64,000 nt of DNA from Squalus acanthias (Eukaryota): the NCBI GenBank assembly GCA_030390025.1, contig CM059433.1, positions 113,584,001 through 113,648,000 of the forward strand, read 5' to 3'. Below, piece after piece: positions 63,550 through 64,000 of the stretch. How positions within the stretch are numbered: position 1 is the first letter of the stretch; the number at the start of each line of letters is the position of its first letter. The notes beneath the pieces were generated by a model. That model was given only the letters and a program-made list of their open reading frames with translations. It did no database searches and was not told where the DNA came from. A program made the position numbers and the translations under genes.

Positions 63550-64000
63550 ATCTATTGATCTCTATCTTCTTGAATATATTCAATGACTGAGCATCCACAG
63601 CCCTGCGGTAGAGAATTACAAAAATTCACAACCCTTTGAGTGAAGAAATTTCTCCTCCGCTCAGTCCTAAATGGCCGACCCCTTATTCTGAGACTGTGAC
63701 CCCTGGTTCTAGACTCCCCAGCCAGGGGAAACATCCTCCCTGCATCTACCCTGTCAAGCCCTGTAAGAATTTTATATGTTTCAATGAGATTACCTCTCAT
63801 TCTTCTAAACTCTAGGGAATATAGGCCTAGTCTACTCAATCTCTCCTCATATGACTATCCCCCCATTCCAGGAATCAGTCTAGTGAACCTTCATTGCACT
63901 CCCTCCATGGCAAGTATTTCCTTCCTTAAGTAATGAGACCTAAACTGTACACAGTACTCCAGGTGTAGTCTCACCAAGGCCCTATATAATTGCGGTAAGG
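63550..64000 (-). mobile_element. CR1 ORF2 3' region, running off the window end
   Basis: LGLYSLEFRRMRGNLIETYKIL..RRNFFTQRVVN, same family as 22968-23805. Confidence 0.92.

Noticed and set aside
45709-64000. LIN28B exon 3 (SKL.MEGFRSLKEGE..)
   Set aside because: Not found by eye or in the ORF track. Intron 2 is long in vertebrates, so it is probably downstream of the window.

Overview
This is vertebrate nuclear DNA, most likely from a cartilaginous fish (shark), judging by its repeats: Deu-domain SINEs, CR1 and L2 LINEs, and small MITEs. The only protein-coding gene I can support is the 5' part of LIN28B on the + strand. Canonical exon 1 codes MAE|G at 44747-44756, and exon 2 (45527-45708) encodes the N-terminal half of the cold-shock domain. 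I did not find exon 3; it probably lies beyond the window. The main point of interest is the 5' architecture. Four ATG-bearing exon candidates all end in phase 1 and would splice in frame to exon 2: (1) a distal exon at 10406-10457 resembling the upstream exon of the human long/'tumour-specific' LIN28B isoforms; (2) a candidate at 37426-37447; (3) canonical exon 1; (4) a 31-nt LIN28A-like first exon (MGSVLNQPYS) inside intron 1. Two of these starts have a uORF ending at or 4 nt before the main ATG, and one of those uORFs appears conserved at peptide level. Human comparisons are from memory, not alignments I ran. Repeat boundaries are approximate, and most listed ORFs are repeat-derived or spurious.
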